This document shows positions 21,421 to 33,211 of a stretch of DNA of 43,445 nt, one piece after another (the stretch's first letter is position 1; each line of letters starts with the position of its first letter). The stretch lies in the NCBI GenBank assembly GCA_013239625.1, contig MU053379.1, positions 878,490 through 921,934 of the forward strand. Reading direction: 5' to 3'. Origin of the DNA: Lama guanicoe. Its lineage: Eukaryota. The notes under the pieces were generated by a model. That model searched no databases and had not been told where the DNA came from. It saw only the letters and a program-made list of their open reading frames with translations. The position numbers and the translations under genes were made by a program.

Positions 21421-21465
21421 TTCTCTGTTTTAGACAAAAAACAAACGTAAAAAACACTTGGAGGG

Positions 21466-21940
21466 TGTGGTAGAAAAAGCTGGTTGCCATCCAGTATCTA
21501 TTCTCCCTTTCTGGCTCGATAACAGAACCCTGATTCTATTCAGGGAAGGGATGTATCCAGCCAAACTCACATTTCCCTGTTTCTCTTGTAGCCAGGTGTG
21601 GACATGTGACTAAGTGAGATGTAAACTTTGGTGTTGGTGGGGCTTCCAGGAAACCTGCTTTAAAGGCACATGTCTCAATTGAGAGAAATCCCTCTTTTGT
21701 CTTTCCTCCTTCTTCCAGCCTGCAGTTCATCTGATGGCCGGAGCTCCAGTAGCCATGTTGGACCATGAGGACACTCTGGGGATAGAAACTACTTACTGAA
21801 GACAATGGAGCAGAAATACATAACAAGCATGGGTTCTACCCTGGGTTGCCTACTTCTGAACGTCTTACTAAATGAAAGGATAAATGTAAGTCATTATTTT
21901 TCAGTTCTCTGTTATAGTCAAATGCAATTTCAAGTTTATA
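21466..21940 (+). mobile_element. MaLR MLT1 (I/J-like) LTR
   Basis: TAACAGAACCCTGATT...GCCAGGTGTGGACATGTGACTAAGT...GATGGCCGGAGCTCCAGTAGCCATGTTGGACCATGAGG. Confidence 0.8.
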
Positions 21941-22359
21941 AAGTTTATATAATTGATTGTTCTTAAATTCTAATTGAAGGTAAAATTTGATGGTACAACT
22001 AGATCTTAGGACTCCAAAAACCTATATTCCATGTTAGGGGGACAGTGACTTTAAAGTAAGGTCTTGATTCCAGTAGATGTGTGTATCCCATGGTGGGAAA
22101 TGTGGGTCTGTCATAGAGCAGATGTGCAATGGATATCTGTTGGATGGAGAAAAACTTCTGTAGACATCAATTGTGCCCATTTCTGGTTACCACACCTCTG
22201 TTCCCTGGCATCCTTTTAAGGACTTGAGAAAAACATCAGAAGAGCAACTTTTCCTGGCCCAGGGAGAGCAGGAGACCCAGCTAGGTTTCCTAGACAAGAT
22301 CAGCCCCAGCCCTCAGTCTCCAAGAGCCTTATCTCCTGTCTCTTCTGGTGGCATCAAGT

Positions 22360-22657
22360 TTGCCTTTGAACTTGATGTGATACTAGTGGAGCTTTTAAAG
22401 ATGTTTGCATGATTGTACTCCTGTGACTTTCCATGACAAGAGCCTGTACCAGGTAGTTACTGTCCTTCGGGTTGGGGTCCACAGTGAAGTTGAGTGGAAC
22501 AACCTGAACTCAACCAGAAGCTTGGCCCACCCAGGCCAGCCAAACCCACTAAAGACCAACCAACTGCAGCCAACCTACAGTCTCAGAGCTTGTCAATGTC
22601 AACCATTGTGGGGTTGTTTGTTACACAGCATCATCACAAAAATAACTGATTACTACA
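22360..22657 (+). mobile_element. MaLR MLT1 3' part
   Basis: Ends GGGGTTGTTTGTTACACAGCA...ATAACTGATTACTACA. Confidence 0.7.
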
Positions 22658-22659
22658 CC

Positions 22660-23190
22660 ATCCATTCAGACAGCCATGCTGGAAACCTTAATGACACCCT
22701 CTACCCCTGCTGCTCCCTCATGCCTCACATCCAGTCCCCAAGCCCTAAATACTCCTCCAAGTCCTCCCCTCTGTCCAGTCCCTCTGCCCTAGTTCAGGCC
22801 TCATCTCTCTGCATTAGTGTGGTTTCCCAGGGGCCTGCCTGCTTTTAGATTGCTCTACTCTCTCTGGATTCAGAAGAGTTGTCTGAAGTGCATCAGATCA
22901 TGGCCCTCCCTCACTTGAGACCCTTCTGTGGGTTTTAGTTGGGGGCATGTCCAGGGACTTCTGTGTGCACATGGATTCCTTTTCCTGGGGACCCTTTCCT
23001 TCCTTAACCTACTTCAGCTCCAGCTCCTGCTGTGCAGAGCTGGTGAGATCCCTCAGACGCTCTCTTTGACTCCCCAGTGTCTTGCTGAGCGCTGCCCTCT
23101 TAAAACTGCCTGAGGCTTGTCCAGCTCACCCATAACTATGATCTCCCTGAGGGCAGGGCCTGAATACATTTCCCCAGAATAAACTCTGTG
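22660..23190 (+). mobile_element. L2 LINE fragment
   Basis: CCCTAGTTCAGGCCTCATCTCTCT, ATCAGATCATGGCCCTCCCT, CTCCCTGAGGGCAGGGCC. Confidence 0.65.
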
Positions 23191-23483
23191 AGCACGCCCA
23201 GCCCAAAGGCCTGAGCCACTATCAGCAAAGGAGCCCACCCAACGTCCTATCATTCTGCGGGAGGAGTCAGCTCTCCCTGGTGGTGGCTCAGCCCTGCCTA
23301 GCAGCAGTGGGTGTGCCTAGAAAACTCAAGGCAGGAGGGGAAGAAATGGGGAGAAAAAGCAGAATTAGGAGGAAGAAGGAGAGACAGAGAGAGAAGGCGG
23401 GGTGAGAAGGAAAGTGAGAGGGCAGAGCTGAAGCTCACAGGCCAGGGAGGTGAGGGGCAACCAGAAAGAGTGGGAAATAGAGA

Positions 23484-23675
23484 CAGGTCTCTGTATCTGC
23501 GGGTCTGCATCCGCGGTCAACCAACCGCGGAATCCAAGTCGGGAGAATTCGTGGATGTGGAACCTGCAGATACGGGGGCCAGCTTCCTGCACCATTTTAC
23601 ATAAGCGACTTAAGCATCTGTGGCTTTTGATACCCACGGGGGTCCTGGAACCAATCTCCCCTGGAGGACCAATTA
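23484..23675 (-). mobile_element. MER2-like TcMar-Tigger MITE (internally deleted)
   Basis: CCATTTTACATAAGCGACTTAAGCATCTGTGG...GGGGGTCCTGGAACCAATC and GCATCCGCGGTCAACCAACCGCGG. Confidence 0.8.
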
Positions 23676-24212
23676 TATAAAGATGGTCATGAGGCTATTC
23701 AGGCAAAGAGAAGAGACCTGCAGGCCTGCTTCATGGTCAGTCTCCCCTCCAGCTCACGCCTCTCGACTCCCCCATAGAACTGGCTCAGGCCTCCAATCCT
23801 GGTGCCAGAAACATCAACGGGAGGGTGAGAGAGGCAGGGGCCCAGAGGCGGTAAGGTGGGCCGCCCAGCCCAGCACAGAGGACACGGGGCCACGCTGCAC
23901 CTCACCCACCACCCCCAAGGCAGGCCAAGAACCCCAGACCCCTAAGGCCAGGAGAGGCAGAGGTGACATCAGGGGGGCCGAGAGCCTTGGTGCAGAGGGC
24001 TGCGCTGTGGCAGGAAGGGCTCCAAGCTGGGGCCCCACCACGGCTTGTGAATCAGGGCTGTGTCCTGGGAAGGGCTGGACCTGCCAGGAATGTGGTTGCA
24101 GAGCCCACATCTCAAGCAGCTCAGGACAGAAGAAGTTTTGTCCCTAAGAAGACTCTGAGCCAAGCTGCCGGACAGTCCTGGGGACCCAGCCTGTGGGCTG
24201 GAGAAGCACATC

Positions 24213-24396
24213 TGGGCAGAGCTGGCTGGAGCGTCCAGAACCACCTAGGGGCGGGGGGGTGGGCACCTTCAAAAAGCAGAGTCCCAGGCCCCACCCTACA
24301 GACCCCGATCCCATAGGGCTGGGGGAGGCCTGGCAAGCTGCACAGTTTTTCAAGTCCCCCTGTGATTCTGACGAGCAGCAAGCTCAGGAACCACTG
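24213..24396. mobile_element. MER5A-like hAT MITE
   Basis: CCAGAACCACCT...CCCAGGCCCCACCC...GTGATTCTGA...GGAACCACTG. Confidence 0.75.
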
Positions 24397-24404
24397 ATCT
24401 AGAG

Positions 24405-24736
24405 CTGTGGTCACCAAACTTTTTCCATAAGAAACCAGATCGTGGATATGTCGGGCTTCACAGGCCTAGGGTCTCCGTCTCAGCGACTCAGCTCTGCAGG
24501 GCGGTCCCACAGAACAGCCACAGGAAACACGGAAATGGGTGGGCACAGCTGTGCTTCAGGAGAGCTCTATTTGTGGACCCTGACACGTGAATTTCGTAGA
24601 ATTTTTACATGTCATGAAATACTATTCTTTAAAAAAAAATTCTTTCCCCAACCACTGAGAAAAGTAAAAGTCACCCTTCACTCAAATGAAGTGGTGGGCA
24701 GGACCTGGCCCGCGCCTCACAGGCTGCAGACCCCTG
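24405..24736. mobile_element. MER58B-like hAT MITE
   Basis: CAAACTTTTT...TTTTACATGTCATGAAATACTATTCTT...GACCCCTG; 8-bp TSD ATCTAGAG / CTCTAGAC. Confidence 0.82.
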
Positions 24737-25513
24737 CTCTAGACCCGTGCCACTAGGAAGGAGTAAGTGTAGTTATTGAGAGCAAGTGCTGAGAAACCTT
24801 CTAAGCAGCCTGGCATTGCTGTGGCCTCCGAGCACGTGCGCCGGGGCTCTGCTTAGCCCGGGGACACGACTACGGTCAACCCGCTGGTGAGCTGCCCGGG
24901 GCACGGGCTGCATCCTGGTCCTGCGAGGAGGACCGCATGTGGTCAGGGATGGGTGGGAAGGCTTAAAAACTGGCCCTTCCCCCCTGAAGTTTTGAAGAGC
25001 AGTGGTCTAAATTATTCCTTTGACTTCAGGTAGGATCCAAGCCCTCCTTAATCTATATCCAACCATACTCTACAATCTACAGTCTAAATCTACAGTCACA
25101 GCTACAGCAAACAAAACAGGTCGTGCAAGGGGAGGAAGAGCTACAAAGGAATACAACAAATGGTCAGTGAGGACTCCGGCCGTAGAGGGACGATGCATGT
25201 TTTGTCTTTGCATTTGTTTCCCAAGTTTTCTGTAAGGAGCATGTGTGGATTTTATAATGGAGAGTTTGGGAGGTTGGGGTTTTTTGAAAAATAAGAAATG
25301 GCTTTACAGAAATTCTCTGGAGAGTAATTGCTCCGTTGGACAACCCTTTGCGGTGTCTCCCAACCCCTCGGTCAGGAAGTTCTTTTTTATAGTTAATCCA
25401 CTTCTAGAGAACCAGGGAAGAGAAAGAAGAGAATGGAAGCCATATGCTGTTCCTCGGACTGCAGAGCCCAGTTCTTGTTATTCTTTGTTATTTTTAACAT
25501 GAGGCTCATGGAC

Positions 25514-25541
25514 GGGGGGGGGGGGTTGGGGGGGGGGGGGG
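25514..25541 (+). repeat. G12-TT-G14 tract
   Basis: Direct reading. Confidence 0.95.
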
Positions 25542-25749
25542 TCACTGGAGGACTGACGTGAGATCGATGTCAATTTCAGCCCGAGGGAGCAGAGGGCTTC
25601 CCGTGCTGACAGTCTCAACGCCGGGGCATCTGCTGGCCTCTCCCCAGGGGATGTCAGTCACTCAGGGACTCCGAGAAAGAGTGTGAGAGAAAAGGCAGCC
25701 CCACCTCCTTCTAGGGGAAAAACCCCAAGTGCCCAGGGGTCACCGGCCT

Positions 25750-25950
25750 CTGTGGACTCGGCTTCAAATCCTGGCCACGTTTTCACTGTGAATCTCAGGC
25801 AGTGCAGTGGGTCTCCCCAAGCTTCAGTTTCCCCCTCCAGGACAATGGGGGTGAATAGTGCAACGCCCCCGTCCCCAGCAGGGTGTCACAGAGAGCAAGG
25901 GAGTCATCACACACACCGGCTCCTAACACAGGCGGCTGTGAGATGCTAGC
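25750..25950 (+). mobile_element. MIR
   Basis: GCTTCAAATCCTGGC...AAGCTTCAGTTTCCCC...AATGGGGGTGAATAGT. Confidence 0.7.
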
Positions 25951-26186
25951 TCTTCCTGCCCACTCTGATGACTGAGGCGAAGGTCATTATCACAGGCGAA
26001 GGGGAGGGTGTGAGAAGTTCTGCCGCTCAGGCTGGCTCCTTAAGAAGGCGTGAGCTGAGAAGATGCTTTCTTTCTGAGCTCCAGCCCTGCACGAGGGCCT
26101 ACCTTGGATTCTACCTCTGCTCCAAACACAGCACCATCCCAGGCACAGCAGGGAAGACCACCGAAGTTCAGGATCTCCTTTGCTCA

Positions 26187-26370
26187 AGAGCTGCCCAGTC
26201 CGATGCGGTAACCACTAGTGGCTACTTGTAGCTACTTAAATGTAAATTAGGTTTAAATGAAATTAAAAATTCGGTTCCTTGGTCACACTGACGACATGTC
26301 AAGTTCTCAGTAGTGCAGCCGCAGTGCAGACGCAATCTTGCCACCACCCTGGAAGGACCCGTTATACAGA
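26187..26370. mobile_element. MER3/MER33-like hAT MITE
   Basis: GGTAACCACTAG...AAATTAAAAATTCGGTTCCTTGGTCACACT...CAAGTTCTCAGTAG. Confidence 0.75.
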
Positions 26371-26989
26371 GCTGGTCTAGTGGCTCAGTGGGACCCCAAG
26401 GACAGCCCCAGACAGTGAGGAATTATCGTGGCCATTTACAAAAGCGTCCTTTCATTTCTGCAATAACACCTTCCCTATTTGAAAACAAAAATCTACAAGC
26501 ACGCCATCCTGTGTGTGGCTTATCTGAGGGACTTGTCTATGAGCGAGCAGAGCCCTGGGTCCCTGGGTGGGCGAGGTCGGTGGCCCCTAAAAGCATCAGC
26601 CCTGAAGCCCAAAGAGACTTCCTCTCACTGGCTGACTGCTCCTGAAAAATAGCCAATAGAGAGGTGGTGCTTTGTTCTTTTAAACAGAAATATTTTAAGG
26701 AATCAGGTTTCAAAATGGCTTGGTGATAGTCACAGGATGGAAAGAGGAAAGGCAGCTTTAAGTGGTGAGGACCACTGGAGCCTCCAGGACAGCTCTGTGG
26801 GGCCAAGACAGACCCCAGACGCCCCGGAACCTACCTGGGGCTCCAGCCCAGGTCTCGGTGGAACCGAGACGTGCCCTGGGCTCCCCTGGAGAGCAGGACG
26901 GATGGATCTGGCCCTGCTTCCCACCTTCTCCTGAGGGCCTTGGGTAATCTTCGCTTCTAATTCTGAACTCAGGTGTGGTTTGTTCCTCC

Positions 26990-27417
26990 CCCAGGACGTG
27001 CAGGTGCTGGGGGTGCCCTCAGGCTTTGCCACTCCTGGGAGCTCCGGCCAGTCCCAGCGCCAGCACCACCCCGCTGTCTGAGTGACGTCTCTGGCTCAGC
27101 CCACTTTACCTGCACTCAGGCACGGCCGTCCACAAGTGTACACGTGCTGCTCACCAGTGTACAGTAGTGCAAATACCCTGCTCCCTCTCCCCTTGGAGTG
27201 GGGAGCTCTGAGGACCTGTCTCAGAGGCCCCAGAGTGAGCCTCAGCGTCCACCATGGTCACCTGACCAACCCATCCCCGTTATCGGCTCCCCCCTCCCTG
27301 TCTCCCTCCCCACACCACCCCCACCCCAACTCTGTCCTGGGGTCACCTCCCAGGTAAATAATTTATCCTCAAAATGTTTGTTTCAGGGTCTGCTCCTGGA
27401 GCACCCAGCCTAAGACA
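26990..27417 (+). mobile_element. ERVL LTR16-like LTR
   Basis: GCAAATACCCTGCTCC... and end TCCTGGGGTCACCTCCCAGGTAAA...CAGGGTCTGCTCCTGGAGCACCCAGCCTAAGACA. Confidence 0.7.
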
Positions 27418-27464
27418 GAGATCAGATTCCCAGAAAGTTCTAGAGAGTTCTAGAATTAAGTGAG

Positions 27465-27653
27465 AAATGGGATAGATAACCCACAAGGACCTACTGTACA
27501 TCGCAGGGAACTATATTTAGTTTCTTGTAATAAGATATAATAGAAAAGGAACTGAAAAGGAAATATATATGTATAAGTGAATCACTTTGCTGTGTACCTG
27601 AAACTAACATTGTAAATCAACTACACTTCCATAAAAATTTTAAATTAAAAAAA
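27465..27653 (+). mobile_element. Cetartiodactyl-type L1 3' end
   Basis: ACAAGGACCTACTGTACATCGCAGGGAACTATATT...GAATCACTTTGCTGTGTACCTGAAACTAACATTGTAAATCAACTA, A-tail. Confidence 0.9.
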
Positions 27654-28527
27654 TGAAGATGGAGGGGCAGCGTTTAAAATCCACAGAAGAGTACTGAGCG
27701 ATTTCTAGTGGAGGAACCCATGTGCTTCTCGGCAGGGTTTGGGGCCGACCATCTGGGGTGCCCACGGCTCAAGGGGACCTCCGAGTATCCTTCTAGACCC
27801 TCGGACTGATAATCGTGTCCTGGAACGTGCCCGCACTTCACCCAAATAGCAGTCCAGCGGGTGGAAAGGAGCGAGGAAGAGGCACATGCATCTGCCCTGG
27901 AAGGTGAGTTTAAACACCTAGCCCCGGGAGGGGACAGGTCCCCAGCCGAGGCCCCGTGCACCGAGCCCGGGGTTAGGAGAGACCCCTCAAGAGCCTCCAG
28001 GGGCACAGCGCTCGCTGGAAACCAACCAGAAGAGCCAGAAGCCGGACACGGGACAGCGTGGTCCCAGGGTCAGTGGGGTCACAGGAAGGGAGGAGGCCAC
28101 ATCCTGCCCTGGTCCCTGCACAGGGGGGCCAGCGGGCTGCCCTCACCCTGTCTCCTCTCCACAGAGAGATGACCCCTTCACTGCCTTCCCCCCGCCCAGA
28201 GCTCTGACACCTTCCCTAGGCTGGGTCAGAGCGCCCCCATGCCTGCACCCCCACCGCACACCAGGCGGAAAAGCCCCGGCCAAGCACAGCTGCAGGTCCG
28301 AGAGCAGCCATCATCTGGCAGAAGTCAGAGCCTACATTTCAGTGCTTCTGGAAAAGCATTCAGTGAACCCAGGGTTTCCTCTCGCTGCAGAGCTGTGTCG
28401 TTATGTCTGATTCCCAGTAGACTTTTCCAGACAGTCTAGTCCCTGCTTCCAGCATGACCTGCGGGAGGAGCCGGGTCAACGGCATGGACAGCTCACTGCC
28501 TAGATTATTGGGCTGTTTCAGTTCCTA

Positions 28528-29215
28528 ACTTTTAATTTTGAACTAATTTTAGACTTAGAGAAAAGTTGCAAAAAATATGAGAGAGTTCTCTTATGTTCCT
28601 CAGTCCGCCTCCTCTCACATAACCACAGTTGTCAAGAACAGAAAATTAGCATCGGCGGTTTCAAGTTAACATTCGTTAACTGAGCTGCAGAACTTACTCA
28701 GATGTCGTCTTTTTTTTTCCCCCAATAATGTGTTTCTTCTGTTGAAGGATTTTATCCACAATCCCACATTTATTCAGTGGTTGTTTCTTCTTAGTTTCCT
28801 CCAGTCTAGGGCAGCTCCTCAGTCTTGCCTGGTCTCCAAGGACCTTGACACTTAAGAGTACTGGTCAGTTATTTGTAGAATGTCCCTCAGCTTGGGTGTG
28901 TTCAATGTTGTCTCATAGTGAGGTCATGTATTTTGGGCAAGAATTCCATTAAAACGATGTTGCATCATCATATAAAGTGTTCATGATGCCAATATGTCCT
29001 AATACTGGTGATGTTAACCTTGATCACTTGGCTAACACTGTGTCTACCAGGTTTTTTCCCTATAAATGAAATTGTATAAGATACAGTCTTTGGTACCTGG
29101 CTCTTTTTTTCTCAATACAACATCAAGTTTTTGAGATTCATCTATATTGTTGCATGCATTTTTCCTTTTCATTGCTGTAGAGTGTTCCATTGTGTGAATA
29201 TACCACCATCTCTCT
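28528..29215 (-). mobile_element. Ancient L1MC (L1MC4/5-like) 3' region
   Basis: TAATTTTAGACTTAGAGAAAAGTTGCAAAA...GAGTACTGGTCAGTTATTTGTAGAATGTCCCTCA...GGTGATGTTAACCTTGATCACTTGG. Confidence 0.8.
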
Positions 29216-29451
29216 CCACCTCTAGGAGAGGAAGGAAACATCAATTTCTCCCTCTCCATTGCCTGCAGCAGTATTTGCGTCAGTACTGTTGAGTACTGTT
29301 GTACAGTGCACGACCTGTGCAGCTGGTCATGTCAAATTATTCTAAGGACTACCTGAATCTCAATCCAGGGTATCTGATCTCTTTACCCCTAGGGGATTTT
29401 ACTGCATAATCTTATTTGGCAAACTCAGTGGGGGAAGTCCATACTCTGCAT

Positions 29452-29700
29452 GGCAGTATGGTATAGACGTTATACTCGTGAGCCTTGAAATATGACTCCT
29501 GGTTCAAATCTTGTTCTTGACCCTCATGAGCTAGGTAACCTTGAACAAGTTACTTCCTCACTGTGACTGTTCCACCAGTCAAAGGTGCGATGTCAGTAGT
29601 ACCTGTCCCATAAGGCTATTCCAAAGAGTGAATGAGATTTAATTAGAAGAAAGCCTTTAGCATGGTGTCTGGCGCACAATAAGCACCCAACAAATATTGC
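29452..29700 (+). mobile_element. MIR (near full length)
   Basis: CTGGTTCAAATC...GTAACCTTGAACAAGTTACTT...TTTAGCATGGTGTCTGGCGCACAATAAGCAC. Confidence 0.8.
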
Positions 29701-29899
29701 TACTGTTGATAACATCACTGTTGATTTTTATTATTTTTTAATTATTAATAAGATTATAATACTTCTCAGTTTTGCAGCCTCAGTCTGTGAGGGAATGGTT
29801 TGACTGAGAATGTATCCTCAAGCTCTGCTAGCAAACAGAAGACCTCTTGGCCCCTGAATGGTCCTGGGTCATCAATACATAGCAATACTCATAAGATGA

Positions 29900-30257
29900 G
29901 TATGAGAGATTTATCTTAAGCAATCAGCTCACATGATTGTGGAGGCTGGCAAGTCCAAAATCTGTAGAATAGGCCAGCAGGCTGGAGGTTCAGGAAAGAA
30001 CTGATGTGGCAGCTAGAGCCCAAAGGCAGGCTGCCGGCAGAGGAGTCACTCTTCTGCTTCTAAGACCTTCAACTGATTAGACCAGGCCCACCCACATTCT
30101 AGTGGGCAATCTGCTTTACTCATGGTCTACTGATTTAAATGTTAACCTCATCTTTAAAAATACCTTCATAGCAACATCTTGATTTAATAGCAACATTTGA
30201 CCAAATATCTGGGTACCATGCTCTAGCTAAGTTGAAACAAAAAAATCAAGCATCACA
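29900..30257 (-). mobile_element. ERVL MLT2 LTR
   Basis: GCTCACATGATTGTGGAGGCTGGCAAGTCCAAAATCTG...AGGCCCACCCACATT...ACTGATTTAAATGTTAA...CATCACA. Confidence 0.9.
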
Positions 30258-30289
30258 GTGGGCTACAGTTTGTGGCCTCCATTCACATC

Positions 30290-30622
30290 TAGGGTTTGAA
30301 AATTTAAAATCCTGACAGCAGCCAGTGCAGCGACTCAATAAGGGGGCTTGTCAGGTAGGGCCTACCTCCTCACCTTGGGGAGGAGAGGGGACTGTGGCAG
30401 ACTGGCGAGCCCTGGCCTCACTGAAATGGTGTCACATGGGAACATGGTGAATTCAAAGTGCCAGGCACACCAGGTTTTTTTCAGGAAATATTGAAATCTG
30501 GACTTCTGTGTGAAAGGTTCTATTTCTTTAATGCTGGTAACTAATTACATTTTTTAAAATATGTGCAGACCAAACACATCCAAGTGTAGCAGTGCCCTCA
30601 GGCAGCTCAGTTGCGATCTCTG
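30290..30622 (-). mobile_element. MER102-like hAT-Charlie element
   Basis: GGGGACTGTGGCAGACTGG...GAAATCTGGACTT...GTAACTAATT...GTTGCGATCTCTG. Confidence 0.7.
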
Positions 30623-30753
30623 ATTCACAGGATCTTTGGATCTGTCAGGTTCCTTGTTTTATTTATTCATGGAGATTTTGGTAATAAAAATAGTAGCTTT
30701 GGAGAGAAGAGAATAAGTTCTTTCAAAACAAGGTTTTTTCTGAAAATCCAGAG

Positions 30754-30922
30754 CAGTGCTTCTCACACTTTAGTATCAATCAGAATTACCCAGAGGGCTT
30801 GTTACAACACAGATGGTGGGCCCCACCTCTTGTCTCTGGTCCACTGGACATGGAATGAAAACCGAGAATTTATATTTCTAACAAAAACTGCTGGTTCAGG
30901 TGCCAGACTTTGAGAACCATTG
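30754..30922. mobile_element. MER5A hAT MITE
   Basis: CAGTGCTTCTCACACTTT...GAGGGCTTGTTA...ACTTTGAGAACCATTG. Confidence 0.8.
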
Positions 30923-31196
30923 GTCAGAAAGAAAAGGAGAACATGGGTGGATGAAATGGTGACAAGAAGGGGTGGAGCCTGCAGTGGCGGCAGCTGGGTG
31001 GTCATCATCTTCAAGGTCACTAGGTCACACTGGTCCTATTGCTTTGGGTTCGCCCCATTCTCAGTCCTGTCTGCCTCCCCATCTGGGATCCTGTTCCTCA
31101 CAGCTGCGTAAAGAAGCATGAATGGAGGACTGTGTGGTGAAGGCATCTCCTGTAAGAGCCTCACCCATGAATGATGCCCCGAGGCCTGGGGGCCTG

Positions 31197-31312
31197 GAGA
31201 TGAGCATTCCTGTTCCAACTCTGATGGCTGCGCAACAATGTGAGTGTACTTAATGCCACTTAAAAATGGGAAAACAGTACATTTTATATGTATTTTTCTA
31301 CAATAAAAAAAA
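31197..31312 (+). mobile_element. L1MB-like 3' terminus, followed by an MLT1 3' end (~31345-31375)
   Basis: GATGGCTGCGCAACAATGTGAGTGTACTTAATGCCACT...CAATAAAAAAAA; then TTTGCTATAGCAGCCCCAGAAACGAATA. Confidence 0.7.
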
Positions 31313-32462
31313 TATATATATATATGTGTGGGATTTTCTGGCAATTTGCTATAGCAGCCCCAGAAACGAATAAATATAAGCTGAAAAATAAAGGGATAAA
31401 GGGAAGATGATTTGAAGGTGGCAAGTACCATAGAAAAAGCTTTGCCCTAAGTCTGCACTTCTCCCACCTCCGCCAGCCTCCCCAAGAACGGCAAAGCAGT
31501 TACTTCTGTATCGTAAACCCTCATCCCAGCCTCCTTCAAAGTCACTTGACTCAATGGCTCAGGCAGAGCGGGCTGGGAGCACACCCTCCAGCCCCCAGGA
31601 AGCCAAAGCTGGAATTCCCAGGCCACGTTCCCTGGGCGGGCTCCGTAGCCCCCAAAGGAAAAGGAGGGGCAGCCCCCTCAGAATCCCTGCACGGCACAGC
31701 AGGGTAGAAGTCTGTCTCTGTTGGCCCCCCATCCCAACAGAAGTCAAGCGCCGTCTGGGAGGTACATCCCAGCTCCAGCACAGGGAACAGGGCCTGCCCC
31801 TGGTGGCTCCTCCCTGGACCCCTGGCCCTGCCTTTGCTGGTTTGTGTCCAAGAGAGGCTTCTTTCCAAGACTGAGAAACGGAAAGAAGGACTTTCTCTCC
31901 AGCTGTTCTTCAATGCTGCCAACAGCCGGTCTCCCGGCCCTCCAATCTGGTCCCTGACCTCGCCGGGGCACGAATCAGGGTCTCTACAGCTCAGCCAAGA
32001 CAGAACGGGTCTTCCGGTCCTCCTTCAGGCCCAGCCCCACCCCCAAATTAGGAGGGACCCCCAGCCCCCACATCACAGAGACCAGAAAATCAGGAAAAAT
32101 TAACTCGAAACCTCTCAAGCATGCCCCTCTCCAGGGAGGAGGCCGTGTCAGCAAAGCAAGAGGCTCCTCCCCAGACGTCCCTGGTGAGCCGTGCCTGGCA
32201 ACCCAGCGCCACACATTCCTTCTTTTCTAGATACGCTTTACCCCATGCGCTCAGAACTTCCTACTGAGAGAGGGCAAACACGATCTCGAGCCCATCTCTG
32301 GCCGGAGACAAGACAAGCCTTCCTGCCACGTTGTGGCTCCCAGAAGGCAGCAAAAAGTTGGGGTTCCTAATTCATACCACCTCCCCACAAAAAACCTTTT
32401 TTTAAAAAAAAAATAGCTTCACTTGCTTTTTTTCCTCATCTACCTTATCATCCACAATGGAC

Positions 32463-32555
32463 TTTTTTTTTTTTTAACGGAAGTACTGGGGATTGACCCC
32501 AAGACCTTGTGCATGCTAAGCACGTGCTCTACCCCTGAGCTGTACCCTCTGCCCC
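32463..32555 (-). mobile_element. tRNA-Ala-derived camelid SINE (vic-1 type)
   Basis: Minus strand GGGTACAGCTCAGGGGTAGAGCACGTGCTTAGCATGCACAAGGTCTTGGGGTCAATCCCCAGTAC + poly(A); AGC anticodon relic. Confidence 0.88.
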
Positions 32556-33089
32556 AAAAAACTGACTTTGAAAAGAATTCCCCACATCCAGAGCTTCTGT
32601 CTCCTTTTGATTCATTTTCTTTAAATCATAACCTAATACCTCTTGAATTTTTCCTTTGGCCAAGAGACCCCGGCCTCTCTGACAAGCACCCAGCGAGGCC
32701 CATCCCTCTGGCCTGTGCCCCAGTCAGCTGGCAATGGGGCAAACAGTCCCCCTAAGTGTGGGGTTGAAGCTGCAGCTGGTGGGGTGGGACGTGGCTCCCG
32801 GGCGGGAGGTCAGGGCTGAGCCCACGGACAGGGCTGGGCTCTCTTCTGGTCTTGCCTCATCGTGCGCTCCTGGTTACGGGAGTCAGGAAGGGACCCTGCA
32901 GGTACTTCCTTTCCCTCCTAGAAGGTCCCACCACCTGCTCCTCAAGCAACTGGGTTCTCTAAATCCAGCATCCTAGCAGCTTGTCCAGCCCTGAGGCCAC
33001 GTGCTTTGAGTCCAAGCTGGGAATGAGATTGAGAGGATCCAATGCTCTTCGCAACACTGAAAAGCACTAACATGTCACTTCCCCTCTTC

Positions 33090-33211
33090 TTTTTTTTTTT
33101 AATTTTAATTTTTTGTGTGGGGGGAAGCAATTAGGTTTTTATTTATGCATTTTAACGGAGGTGGTGGGGATCGAACCCAGGACCTCGTGCTAAGCACAGG
33201 CTCTACCGCTG
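33090..33211 (-). mobile_element. vic-1-type SINE with extended tail (AACCTAATT-C-run)
   Basis: Minus strand TCAGCGGTAGAGCCTGTGCTTAGCACGAGGTCCTGGGTTCGATCCCC...AACCTAATTG..CCCCCC + A-tail. Confidence 0.85.

Noticed and set aside
23484..23600. Hairpin-rich segment as a structured ncRNA or pre-miRNA
   Set aside because: Explained by the internal inverted repeats of a MER2/Tigger MITE.
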